From an uncultured archaeon (GTDB lineage Archaea > Aenigmatarchaeota > Aenigmatarchaeia > JACPZZ01), in NCBI GenBank assembly GCA_964476825.1, contig CAYZCD010000002.1:1-42059 (forward strand): a stretch of 42,059 nucleotides of DNA. The letters run 5' to 3'. A program made the position numbers and the translations under genes. Of this stretch, positions 1 through 7,757 are shown piece by piece. Within the stretch, counting starts at the first letter, position 1. The number at the start of each line of letters is the position of its first letter. Below the pieces are notes generated by a model. It worked only from the letters and a program-made list of their open reading frames with translations. It made no database searches and was not told the DNA's origin.

Positions 1-22
1 AAAACAAAAGGCAAGTGTTTTT

Positions 23-1156
23 ATGCCGGAATACGTTTTCAGGTACGCCGATCCCTTTCTGGATGTAGCCAACAGCAAAGACAGTTACATAATAGCGAAA
101 AATGGGAGAAAATATCTCGATTTCCTGATGGGCTGGTGCGTTGGGAATGCGGGCTGGAACAAAAAAACTATTACCGATTCTATAAAAAAATTCAAAGGCC
201 CAACATACGTCAGCCCCACTTACAACTACGATAGATGGGAAAAACTCGGCAAGAAGCTTGTGTCCATAACAGGCCTTGATGCAACTTGTTTCCGCGCGAC
301 CGGCGGGACTGAAGCTGTCGAGCTCGCGCTAAAAATTTCCAAGGCCTACAACAGGAGAAAAAATTTCATAGCTTTCAAAAATGCGTATCACGGACAATCG
401 TTTGCGTGCATGGCCTTAGTCGGATTGCATGAAAACAAATTCGGGCCATATCCGGACAATTATCTCAGGATAAACCCGCTTTCCATAGTTAACTGGGACA
501 AATTAACCGAGTCCGTTGTGAACAACATAAAAAAGAAAAAAGTATGCGCTTTCATATCCGAACCTATTATATGCAACCTCGGAGTTGTCGTGCCACCGAA
601 ATCTTTTTTCCAATCTGTGCGCGAGGTGTGCGACGAGACTGATACCGTAATGATACTCGACGAAGTGACGAACGGATTCGGGCGCACGGGAGAATGGTTC
701 GGTTTCCAAAACTATGATATTAAACCGGACATCATAACCGTAGCGAAAGGGTTCAGTTCAGGCTATGCACCCATTGGCGCTGCGGTAGCAGATGCAAAAA
801 TTGCTGAATCAATGCGTTTTGATTTCAGCAATTATTCAACTTTCGGATGGCAGCCTTTGGCCGTAGAAACTGCCGTTGCAAACATAAACTATATAGAAAA
901 GAACAAGCTCGTCGCACGGGCGAAAAAAAGCGGCGAATATTTGATGAAAAATCTTTCGGAATTTTCTAACCCGTCTGGCAAGGGCTTGTGCATAGGTTTC
1001 TGGGTAAAAAATGTAAATGTCAAAAAGAAATGCCGCGATGAAGGGCTTCTTCTCGATGCGTTCCTTTTCCGGGCCGTTTTATTTCCGGCATTGGATGTAA
1101 CTAAACAAGAAATGGACAGGGCCGTAGAAATAATAAAAAATAATTCCAGATTTTGA
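23..1156 (+). CDS. class III (PLP-dependent) aminotransferase
   Basis: 377-aa ORF. Class-III signatures are visible in the translation: GGTEAVELALK, DEVTNGFGRTGEWFG, and PDIITVAKG with the presumed PLP lysine. Confidence 0.8.
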   Translation: MPEYVFRYADPFLDVANSKDSYIIAKNGRKYLDFLMGWCVGNAGWNKKTITDSIKKFKGPTYVSPTYNYDRWEKLGKKLVSITGLDATCFRATGGTEAVELALKISKAYNRRKNFIAFKNAYHGQSFACMALVGLHENKFGPYPDNYLRINPLSIVNWDKLTESVVNNIKKKKVCAFISEPIICNLGVVVPPKSFFQSVREVCDETDTVMILDEVTNGFGRTGEWFGFQNYDIKPDIITVAKGFSSGYAPIGAAVADAKIAESMRFDFSNYSTFGWQPLAVETAVANINYIEKNKLVARAKKSGEYLMKNLSEFSNPSGKGLCIGFWVKNVNVKKKCRDEGLLLDAFLFRAVLFPALDVTKQEMDRAVEIIKNNSRF

Positions 1157-1167
1157 GATGTGGTCGG

Positions 1168-1443
1168 ATGGCGGAAAAAAACTTACTGAAGAAGATAGAC
1201 AGGATAAATGAAAGAAACCGCAGGGTAGAAGCTGATAAATCATGGGAAACAAGCAAGACGAGGCGTTTTATCATAACCGTGTCCACATACGTAACAATCA
1301 GCATTTTTCTTTTTTACATAAAAGCCCCGGATCCGTTTATCGCCTCAATTGTTCCGACCGTTGGTTATTTACTGTCCACGCTGACGATGCCGATTTTAAA
1401 AAGAATGTGGCTGGATAAAATCTATAAAAGAGCACCAAGGTGA
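1168..1443 (+). CDS. small membrane protein, unknown function
   Basis: The track ORF 1153..1443 starts at TTG; the first ATG in frame is at 1168 (MAEKN). Basic N-terminus followed by two hydrophobic segments. Confidence 0.4.
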   Translation: MAEKNLLKKIDRINERNRRVEADKSWETSKTRRFIITVSTYVTISIFLFYIKAPDPFIASIVPTVGYLLSTLTMPILKRMWLDKIYKRAPR

Positions 1444-1447
1444 TAAT

Positions 1448-2077
1448 TTGGACAAAAAACAAACCTTAAAAGAAATTCGAGAACGGGTAAAATCCAATTG
1501 TGCCAACGATTCCACCGGCCACGACTGGAACCACATAAATCGCGTAAGACAGAATGCGATTAAGATTGCTAAAACAGAAGGCGGAGATATTTTCATAATT
1601 GAATTGGCTGCGTTGCTTCATGATGTGGAAGACTGGAAAAGCACAAACGCGGGGAGCGGCCTTGTAAATAAATTATTAAAAGATGTCAATATTGACGAAG
1701 AAAGTTCGAAAAAAATCAACGATATAATCTCAAAAATATCTTTCAAAGGTGTTAACCACGACGATAAAATGGATACAGTTGAAGGTAAAATAGTACAGGA
1801 CGCGGACAGGTTAGACGCACTGGGTGCCACGGGTATAATCAGAAGCGTATTGTACGGCGCGTCGAATGGTATTCCTCTTTATGATCCTTTGATAAAGCCA
1901 GACCCAAACGCATCGGCGGAAAAGATAAAAAGATCCACAACAATAAACCATTTCTACGAGAAACTGCTTTTGTTAAAAGACAGGATGAACACAGCCACGG
2001 CGAAACGAATGGCGGTTGAAAAGCACGCTTTTATGGAGCTTTTCCTAAAGCAGTTTTACAGGGAGTGGGAAACGTGA
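1448..2077 (+). CDS. HD-domain phosphohydrolase
   Basis: HDWNHINRV, LLHDVED and DADRLDALG motifs typical of the HD superfamily. TTG start in the track. Confidence 0.75.
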   Translation: MDKKQTLKEIRERVKSNCANDSTGHDWNHINRVRQNAIKIAKTEGGDIFIIELAALLHDVEDWKSTNAGSGLVNKLLKDVNIDEESSKKINDIISKISFKGVNHDDKMDTVEGKIVQDADRLDALGATGIIRSVLYGASNGIPLYDPLIKPDPNASAEKIKRSTTINHFYEKLLLLKDRMNTATAKRMAVEKHAFMELFLKQFYREWET

Positions 2078-2616
2078 AAATTATTTGCCTCGTGGGAATG
2101 CCGGGCGCCGGTAAGGGCGAGATTAACAAGATACTCGAATCTGAAAAAATACCGGTAGTAGTTATGAGCTCTATTGTCCGGGAAGAGGTTAAAAAACGCA
2201 ATCTTGAACTAAACATTAAGAACCTCGACAACGTTGCCGTCGACCTGAGAGAAAAATTCGGCAAAGATGTGGTTGCGAAGCGAACTGCTGAAAAGATAAA
2301 AAAAATAAAATCGGATATAGTTTGCGTCGACGGTTTGCGCAATATGGAAGAAATAACCCCGCTAAAAGATGCGGGCGATGTTTATATCATTTCCGTCTCC
2401 GCGCCCGAGGAAATGCGCTTTGAGAGGCTTCTGAAACGAAAAGAGCAAAGGGACCCGAAAAATATCGAAGAGTTTAAATGGCGCGAACAAAAGCAAATCG
2501 GTTTAGGCATTTCCAAGGTCGTTGAAGCGGCCAATTATGATATAACTAATGACGGCGACCTGCAAAGTTTGCGTGATAAGATAATTAAAATTTTAACAGA
2601 CATACGTCATGTTTGA
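2065..2616 (+). CDS. P-loop nucleotide kinase (archaeal UPF0200/CoaE-like)
   Basis: Walker A motif GMPGAGKG close to the N-terminus and about 180 aa, as in the small archaeal kinases. The true start may be GTG at 2074. Overlaps the upstream gene by 13 nt. Confidence 0.6.
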   Translation: MGNVKIICLVGMPGAGKGEINKILESEKIPVVVMSSIVREEVKKRNLELNIKNLDNVAVDLREKFGKDVVAKRTAEKIKKIKSDIVCVDGLRNMEEITPLKDAGDVYIISVSAPEEMRFERLLKRKEQRDPKNIEEFKWREQKQIGLGISKVVEAANYDITNDGDLQSLRDKIIKILTDIRHV

Positions 2617-3102
2617 AACCAGATCCCCGCTTATTCCGAATTTGTTTTTGAAACGCAAAGTCAACGCGGCCATATCGCTTGGGCGGGCGTCTATCTCCTG
2701 CAGATTATAACCGTCCGAGAAAAGCAGCTTTGCAGTGTATACGCCGTCGCTGATTGAATCTATTTTTGCGTAAACTAGGTTGACCCTGAAGGCGTCCAAG
2801 GTTTCAAAAAACAGGTCATGGGTCAATGGGCGGGCGAATCTTTCCTTGGTTAAACCCTCCTCCACAGAGAACGCCTGGTCGTTTGTTATCCCCATTTTTA
2901 TCCCGTCACATCCTTTGGAGAAATATAAAATGGGATTAGGCTCGTATTTCATGTCTATACCGTCCAATTCCACGGTATTATTAGCGAATTCGTACACTAT
3001 TTTGCTGGCTGTGTATGACTTGGCTAAAAACGCTGCCAATGCCACGATCACAAAAACTGCAATAAACGCGTTTTTGTTGCGTTTCTTCTTCAATAACGGC
3101 AT
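2593..3102 (-). CDS. bifunctional nuclease (BFN/DUF151) with N-terminal membrane anchor
   Basis: RPLTHDLF and DARPSDMAAL motifs characteristic of DUF151 nucleases. Hydrophobic N-terminal helix. GGAGG about 15 nt upstream of the ATG. Confidence 0.7.
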   Translation of the reverse strand: MPLLKKKRNKNAFIAVFVIVALAAFLAKSYTASKIVYEFANNTVELDGIDMKYEPNPILYFSKGCDGIKMGITNDQAFSVEEGLTKERFARPLTHDLFFETLDAFRVNLVYAKIDSISDGVYTAKLLFSDGYNLQEIDARPSDMAALTLRFKNKFGISGDLVSNMTYVC

Positions 3103-3169
3103 AACAATAAAATAGCCTCCGGAGAGATATTAATAAACTTTCCTCTAGAAAAGAAACAAGTAGAGAACT

Positions 3170-3200
3170 GAAGCATACCGATACAGCATACGGATGCTTC
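3170..3200. repeat. tRNA-associated hairpin family, copy H1
   Basis: GAAGCAT(A)CCG / CGGATGCTTC gives 10 bp with one bulge. Loop is ATACAGCATA. 5' flank AACT, 3' flank TAGCT, then 5 nt before tRNA-Thr. Confidence 0.8.
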
Positions 3201-3210
3201 TAGCTGTAAA

Positions 3211-3284
3211 GCCTCCGTAGCTCAATTCGGCAGAGCGAGTGCTTTGTAAGCACTAGGTTGCGGGTTCAAATCCCACCGGAGGCT
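3211..3284 (+). tRNA. tRNA-Thr (anticodon TGT)
   Basis: Hand fold: acceptor GCCTCCG/CGGAGGC, D stem GCTC/GAGC, anticodon stem AGTGC/GCACT, loop TTTGTAA. T arm is GCGGG-TTCAAAT-CCCAC with one C.A mismatch. Discriminator T, no CCA encoded. Confidence 0.85.
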
Positions 3285-3296
3285 AAAAAATAGTTT

Positions 3297-3920
3297 CTAT
3301 TCAAGTACACGGAGTTCTTCACCCATCATACTTGTAGGAAATGCGTCGTCGATAACCAGACCATTGCTTCCCATCAAACTGGCTATCATGAACTTTGGCA
3401 TGTAACTAACGATCGCAATTGATTTCAACGACTCCTCTGCTTCCAGAATTCCTGATTTAGGAACTTCAAACATACCAGAAACGTTAGCAAAAAGATCTGT
3501 ATCTGTGGGGAATTCGTTCGGACTAGTAATTTTATAATAAATTATTCCATCGGGAGTCATATAGAACGGCAAAACTCTTGGTTTGGCTCTGGTGTTTACT
3601 TGTTTAAGTCTTTGTAGTTCTGCCATATACTGACTCCTAGAATTGATTCTACCCTCTCTTATAGAACCAACCAACTCACCTACGCCCAACTGATTCATAT
3701 AATCTTGTAGGGAACCGTCTATCCAATTGCTAACTTCTACATCCACACCTAAGAGTAATTCCTTTTCACCATCAGGTGTCAGCGTTTTTCTTCCTTTAGA
3801 ATATGTTTTAACCACCCTTGCTGAACCGTGATAACCGCTATCGCTAATCGGAAAGTTACCGCCTGCTATTTTGATCAATCCTACAAGACCGTCGAAGTCT
3901 CCTTTGGGCATCCTGTACAT
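3297..3920 (-). CDS. hypothetical protein
   Basis: 207-aa ORF with no motif I recognise. Visibly more AT-rich than its neighbours and directly adjacent to tRNA-Thr. Confidence 0.5.
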   Translation of the reverse strand: MYRMPKGDFDGLVGLIKIAGGNFPISDSGYHGSARVVKTYSKGRKTLTPDGEKELLLGVDVEVSNWIDGSLQDYMNQLGVGELVGSIREGRINSRSQYMAELQRLKQVNTRAKPRVLPFYMTPDGIIYYKITSPNEFPTDTDLFANVSGMFEVPKSGILEAEESLKSIAIVSYMPKFMIASLMGSNGLVIDDAFPTSMMGEELRVLE

Positions 3921-4059
3921 AAATTCACTTTGTGGCTATAGAAACTGTAAATATATAAATGCTGTATCCACGAGTTGAATAAAAAGCAAAATTTCGTTTT
4001 ACTTGTTACAACCGACCTGACCGTTACGGTTATTTAAACATTACCCGATTTATTATTCA

Positions 4060-4365
4060 GTGATTGACATGGACGCAGTTTATTTCATTCCGAGGGACAA
4101 GTTTCAGGATGTGGAAAACGCATTGCTGAAAGACGATGTTCTATCGAGACAATCGCTGACGTTCAGGAATGCGGCCATTTTCGGATCCAAAGAGGATGTC
4201 GTGTGCGTGAAGATATCCGGATCAGACGAAGCGATGGAAAAGGCGAAAGAACTTGTGGGCGACAAAGGTAAACTAATCGAAGGCAAGGAAAAAGAAAAAA
4301 TTTTAAAACAGATTACCGAAGAAGAGGATGCCGTCGCGCAGGGCTTCGGAAGCATTTTCGAGTGA
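4060..4365 (+). CDS. small acidic protein with a ribosomal-stalk-like C-terminal tail
   Basis: 101-aa ORF with a GTG start in the track; ATG at 4069. The C-terminus is EEEDAVAQGFGSIFE. The stop overlaps the start of the next gene. Confidence 0.5.
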   Translation: MIDMDAVYFIPRDKFQDVENALLKDDVLSRQSLTFRNAAIFGSKEDVVCVKISGSDEAMEKAKELVGDKGKLIEGKEKEKILKQITEEEDAVAQGFGSIFE

Positions 4366-5369
4366 TATTTTTGAGGCGTTTGAAAAGGCTGTGGGATATA
4401 ATCAACGACAAAAATATCAAGATCGACTCAATTTTTCTGCCTAACGTGCCGGACGAAAATTTTTATTATCTAACCGGCTTGCAAGGCCCGTTCGAAGGGT
4501 GTTTTGCCATGCTTGACAAAAACGGCATGGAAATGGCTGTTTCGGAATTGGACTACGAAAATGCCAAAAAACAGGGCGTAAAGAAACCAAAACTAATAAC
4601 GAAACGCTCTGAAAAAATTGAAATGATAAAAAATTATGCGCCCAACGGCAGGTTGGGAGTCATCGCGAACAAACTTCCGTATCTGACCGGCAAACGGCTC
4701 GAATCTTTTGGGTTGAAGTTAATTGACGTGTCACAGTGTTTTGAAGATTGCAGAATGATAAAAGACGGCGACGAGATAAAACTGATAAAAACTGCAATCA
4801 ACGTAAGCAAAAACGCGCTTGAAGAATCAACCGGCGGTATGGCGATTGAAAATGACCTAGCCGTCAAAATCGAGACAGCTATCCGCGCAAAGGGATGCGA
4901 TATAGCCTTTCCGACAATATGCGCCGCGGACAAAAACTCCGCGTTGCCGCATTATACGACCGGGTTCCGAAAAATAAGCCAAATGGTTCTAATTGATTTC
5001 GGCGCGCGTTACAAAGGATATTGCGCTGATATCACCAGGTGCGTTTTCAAAAAGAAAAACGGTTGGTTTGCAAAAACAGAAAGTAATGTGATGAAGGCTT
5101 ATGGCAAATGTGTAGCGATAGCCAATGACAACGGAACGGGCGAGGATATGCAAAAAGCTGCGCAATCCGTCCTAGGTAAAGGGTTTATACATTCCATAGG
5201 GCATTTTCTCGGGCGCGACGTGCATGAAAATTCACTGAGTAATTTTAAGCGATCTTTTGAACCGGGCATGGTTTTCACAATAGAGCCGGGTTTTTATGAC
5301 GTGAAACGCGGCGGTGTCAGGTTCGAAAACGATTTTTTAATGACGAAGAACGGGTTAAAAGAACTCTAG
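4362..5369 (+). CDS. M24-family Xaa-Pro aminopeptidase
   Basis: Pita-bread metal-ligand context: DFGARYKGYCADITR, HSIGHFLGRDVHE, FTIEPGFY, RFENDF. Confidence 0.8.
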   Translation: MIFLRRLKRLWDIINDKNIKIDSIFLPNVPDENFYYLTGLQGPFEGCFAMLDKNGMEMAVSELDYENAKKQGVKKPKLITKRSEKIEMIKNYAPNGRLGVIANKLPYLTGKRLESFGLKLIDVSQCFEDCRMIKDGDEIKLIKTAINVSKNALEESTGGMAIENDLAVKIETAIRAKGCDIAFPTICAADKNSALPHYTTGFRKISQMVLIDFGARYKGYCADITRCVFKKKNGWFAKTESNVMKAYGKCVAIANDNGTGEDMQKAAQSVLGKGFIHSIGHFLGRDVHENSLSNFKRSFEPGMVFTIEPGFYDVKRGGVRFENDFLMTKNGLKEL

Positions 5370-5926
5370 AGCTTTTTCAGCCCGTCCCACCAAGATGTCG
5401 GGTCCATTTTTTCCAGCCTGTTGGCGAGATTTTTTGCGCTTTTTGTTTTCATCGCATTTTTGGCGTTCTTCATCCAGTCTGCCGTAGAATTAAAACCGAG
5501 CTCTTTATATTCCCTCGCCTGCACGAAAAGCTCGAGAAGGTCGGCGTCTTTTGCTATTATTGCTTCCCTGGTTTCCTTTTCGTCGTACTCCTCGACGATT
5601 TTAAGAAATTCGTTTTTGAATATACCCGACAAAATGTCTTCCGCGGCACGCCGTTCGCCCTTGTCTTCTATGTAGCGGTCGTTAACGCGGTTTACATCGC
5701 CCGTTCGTGTTTCCGCGAAATCGTGAAGCAAACACATCTTCACGACCTTGTTTTCATCAACGTTTTCCATTTTTGCAAGGACAATCCCTATCAAAGAAGC
5801 TCGCCAGGAATGTTCGGCAACGCTTTCTGCGTTTTTAACCCCCGCAAAAGACCATCCGCTGCGCGGCAACCGCTTCAGTTGGCCGGCCTCGAAAATCAGT
5901 TTTGACAGGCGTTCCAAATTATCCAT
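5366..5926 (-). CDS. HD-domain hydrolase (YfbR-like 5'-deoxynucleotidase family)
   Basis: VAEHSWR, LLHDFAETRTGD and KDADLLE motifs. Confidence 0.7.
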   Translation of the reverse strand: MDNLERLSKLIFEAGQLKRLPRSGWSFAGVKNAESVAEHSWRASLIGIVLAKMENVDENKVVKMCLLHDFAETRTGDVNRVNDRYIEDKGERRAAEDILSGIFKNEFLKIVEEYDEKETREAIIAKDADLLELFVQAREYKELGFNSTADWMKNAKNAMKTKSAKNLANRLEKMDPTSWWDGLKKL

Positions 5927-5996
5927 AAATTTAAAACACCTTCCCGGTTATTAAGCGTTACACCGAGCATTAAAATTTAACCTCCGAACTTAGTTC

Positions 5997-6620
5997 ATGA
6001 ATGATTGGGAAAAATTAAACAGAATAAAAGCAATTCTTTTCAATTCTTTCAGAGGTTCGTTGGAAAGCAGCCCGGTTGAACTCAAAAGAAATCATGGTAA
6101 ATTGTTTGACACGCTGCACAGCAAACTCGTCAGGAGCTGGGCCAGTCTCGAAAATCAGATGAGGCCAGACTTCATACCGATGGCAAGAGGGATTCTATAC
6201 GAGGTTCTTTTTTACTGTTCTTGCATGCGATTGAGAAGTTTTTTCATTTACAACAGCATGAAGTACAAGTTCGAAATATTCCCGTTTTATGACCTGAGCC
6301 CGAAAAGTGCCTCCAATGACGTCACGGATATGGGTTATATAAAGCCGGATTTTTTTTTTATTTATAGGGGAGACGGATTTTTTCCTCCGATGCTTGTGGA
6401 TGTGAAATCTTCCGAGAGGCCAGATAAACAAATATGGAAACAGGCTCGGCTGTCGATTAAACACGGTTTTCTGTATCAGATCGCATACCCAAAAACCAAA
6501 TATCCAAAATGCCTCGCCGATTGGAACATAAGGAACGTGTGTCCGCACTGCGGAAAGTTGAACGAGCTCACTTACTGCAAAGGATGCTACAATTACATAT
6601 TTTCCGATTTCGATAATTGA
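5997..6620 (+). CDS. putative PD-(D/E)xK nuclease with C-terminal zinc ribbon
   Basis: KPDFFF ... VDVKS fits the PD...(D/E)xK spacing. The C-terminus has CPHC ... CKGC. Ends 1 nt before a tRNA 3' fragment. Confidence 0.4.
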   Translation: MNDWEKLNRIKAILFNSFRGSLESSPVELKRNHGKLFDTLHSKLVRSWASLENQMRPDFIPMARGILYEVLFYCSCMRLRSFFIYNSMKYKFEIFPFYDLSPKSASNDVTDMGYIKPDFFFIYRGDGFFPPMLVDVKSSERPDKQIWKQARLSIKHGFLYQIAYPKTKYPKCLADWNIRNVCPHCGKLNELTYCKGCYNYIFSDFDN

Positions 6621-6621
6621 A

Positions 6622-6650
6622 TGCGGCCACCGGGATTCGAACCCGTGGTA
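6622..6650 (-). pseudogene. tRNA 3' fragment (T arm plus acceptor 3' strand)
   Basis: The minus strand reads CCACGGG-TTCGAAT-CCCGG-TGGCCGC-A. No anticodon arm can be folded from the AT-rich sequence upstream of it. Confidence 0.6.
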
Positions 6651-6679
6651 ATTATTAAATATATTTACCAAAGATTATC

Positions 6680-7423
6680 ATGGAAAGACTTACCATCAGG
6701 CAGAAAGATATAATAAATAAATTATATGATTCTGGTAAAAGCCTCAACTACTTAGCAACTCTGCTGGGCAAATCCAAAACTACGATTTATTACCATGCCC
6801 GTAAAAATTTCGGCACAAGAATGAAACCGATCGTGTTTAATATCAAGTCAAAAAAAGATTTTGGAGAATTTATCGGGGCGTTCGCAGGCGACGGGGGGTT
6901 TTATCTGGATAAAAAATATAGATATTTGATAAATTTTTATCTTTCCTCCAATGAAACAGCCTACGCCGAACATATTTCTAGAATTATCGGTGATACATTT
7001 GGTAAAAAACCAAACATTTTGTTGTACAGAAAAGTGAATATGATCAGAATAAGAGTGATGGGTAAGAGTATCCATGAAATTTTAAAAACTTATTTGTATT
7101 GGGGCAAAAATAAAACTCTTACCATCCGCCTGAGAAGAGCTTCGATGAAAATGGGAAACAACTTTTTGAAGGGGGTCGCCACCGGATTGATTGCGACCGA
7201 CGGATCTGTATACGTACCTAGAAAATGGATCTCTTTTGCTACAATTTCTAAAACATTATGCCTGCAACTTTCGGCGATTTTAAAGAAATTTGGTATAGGC
7301 AGCGCAATTTATCCGTCAAAATATAATGGAAAAAAGACTTTATACCAGCTACGTATAAAGGGTAAAAACAACCTAACAAATTTTGAGAAAAGGGTAGGTT
7401 TTAAAGAGCATCGTATGAAATAA
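6680..7423 (+). CDS. double-motif LAGLIDADG homing endonuclease with N-terminal HTH
   Basis: FIGAFAGDGGF and LKGVATGLIATDGSV are two LAGLIDADG motifs. HTH-like N-terminus. Very AT-rich gene. TATA-like TTAAATATATTTA lies 12-27 nt upstream of the ATG. Confidence 0.85.
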   Translation: MERLTIRQKDIINKLYDSGKSLNYLATLLGKSKTTIYYHARKNFGTRMKPIVFNIKSKKDFGEFIGAFAGDGGFYLDKKYRYLINFYLSSNETAYAEHISRIIGDTFGKKPNILLYRKVNMIRIRVMGKSIHEILKTYLYWGKNKTLTIRLRRASMKMGNNFLKGVATGLIATDGSVYVPRKWISFATISKTLCLQLSAILKKFGIGSAIYPSKYNGKKTLYQLRIKGKNNLTNFEKRVGFKEHRMK

Positions 7424-7443
7424 AAATTAGAGGTTATTCTGTA

Positions 7444-7516
7444 GCACCAGTAGTATAGCCTGGTAGGACATGAGCTTCCCAAGCTTATAGCCCGGGTTCA
7501 AATCCCGGCTGGTGCA
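7444..7516 (+). tRNA. tRNA-Gly (anticodon CCC)
   Basis: Acceptor GCACCAG/CTGGTGC, anticodon stem TGAGC/GCTTA, loop TTCCCAA, T arm CCGGG-TTCAAAT-CCCGG, discriminator A. No intron. Confidence 0.85.
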
Positions 7517-7531
7517 TTAGACCATGGCCGC
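7515..7531 (-). pseudogene. tRNA 5' fragment (acceptor 5' strand to D loop)
   Basis: The minus strand reads GCGGCCA-TG-GTCT-AATG. GCGGCCA is the exact complement of the TGGCCGC strand at 6623-6629. Overlaps the tRNA-Gly 3' end by 2 nt. Confidence 0.6.
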
Positions 7532-7573
7532 GCGGTTTTTATCAATGAGCCATTTAGATTAATATTGTTAGTT

Positions 7574-7714
7574 ATGGATTACCGCAAGATATTTTGTTTG
7601 GTGGGAGCCCATAAATGGGGAGTCAAAATCATACACCCAGCCATCGGTTCAAACGTGGCGGATTATTCTCAGGCGTGTAAAATGTGCGGAAAAACGAAAA
7701 GATGGGTTGAATGA
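7574..7714 (+). CDS. possible 46-aa zinc-ribbon-like peptide
   Basis: ATG at 7574 gives MDYRKIFCLVGAHKWG...CKMCGKTKRWVE, below the cutoff of the ORF track. Contains a Cys/His pair plus CxxC. Confidence 0.25.
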   Translation: MDYRKIFCLVGAHKWGVKIIHPAIGSNVADYSQACKMCGKTKRWVE

Positions 7715-7757
7715 GGGCCAAGACAAATTTATATTAGCCCAAACTGAATGTTATTAT

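Noticed and set aside
3114-3123. AGCCTCCGG upstream of tRNA-Thr matches the tRNA acceptor end, suggesting a possible att-like repeat.
   Set aside because: It is only 7-9 nt long. Read on the minus strand it is a GGAGG ribosome-binding-like site 15 nt upstream of the nuclease gene start, so chance plus an SD-like function is sufficient.
7636-7665. CCATCGGTTCAAACGTGGCGG looked like a tRNA T arm.
   Set aside because: The flanking 5-mers do not pair and no acceptor, D or anticodon arms can be built. It lies inside the small ORF.
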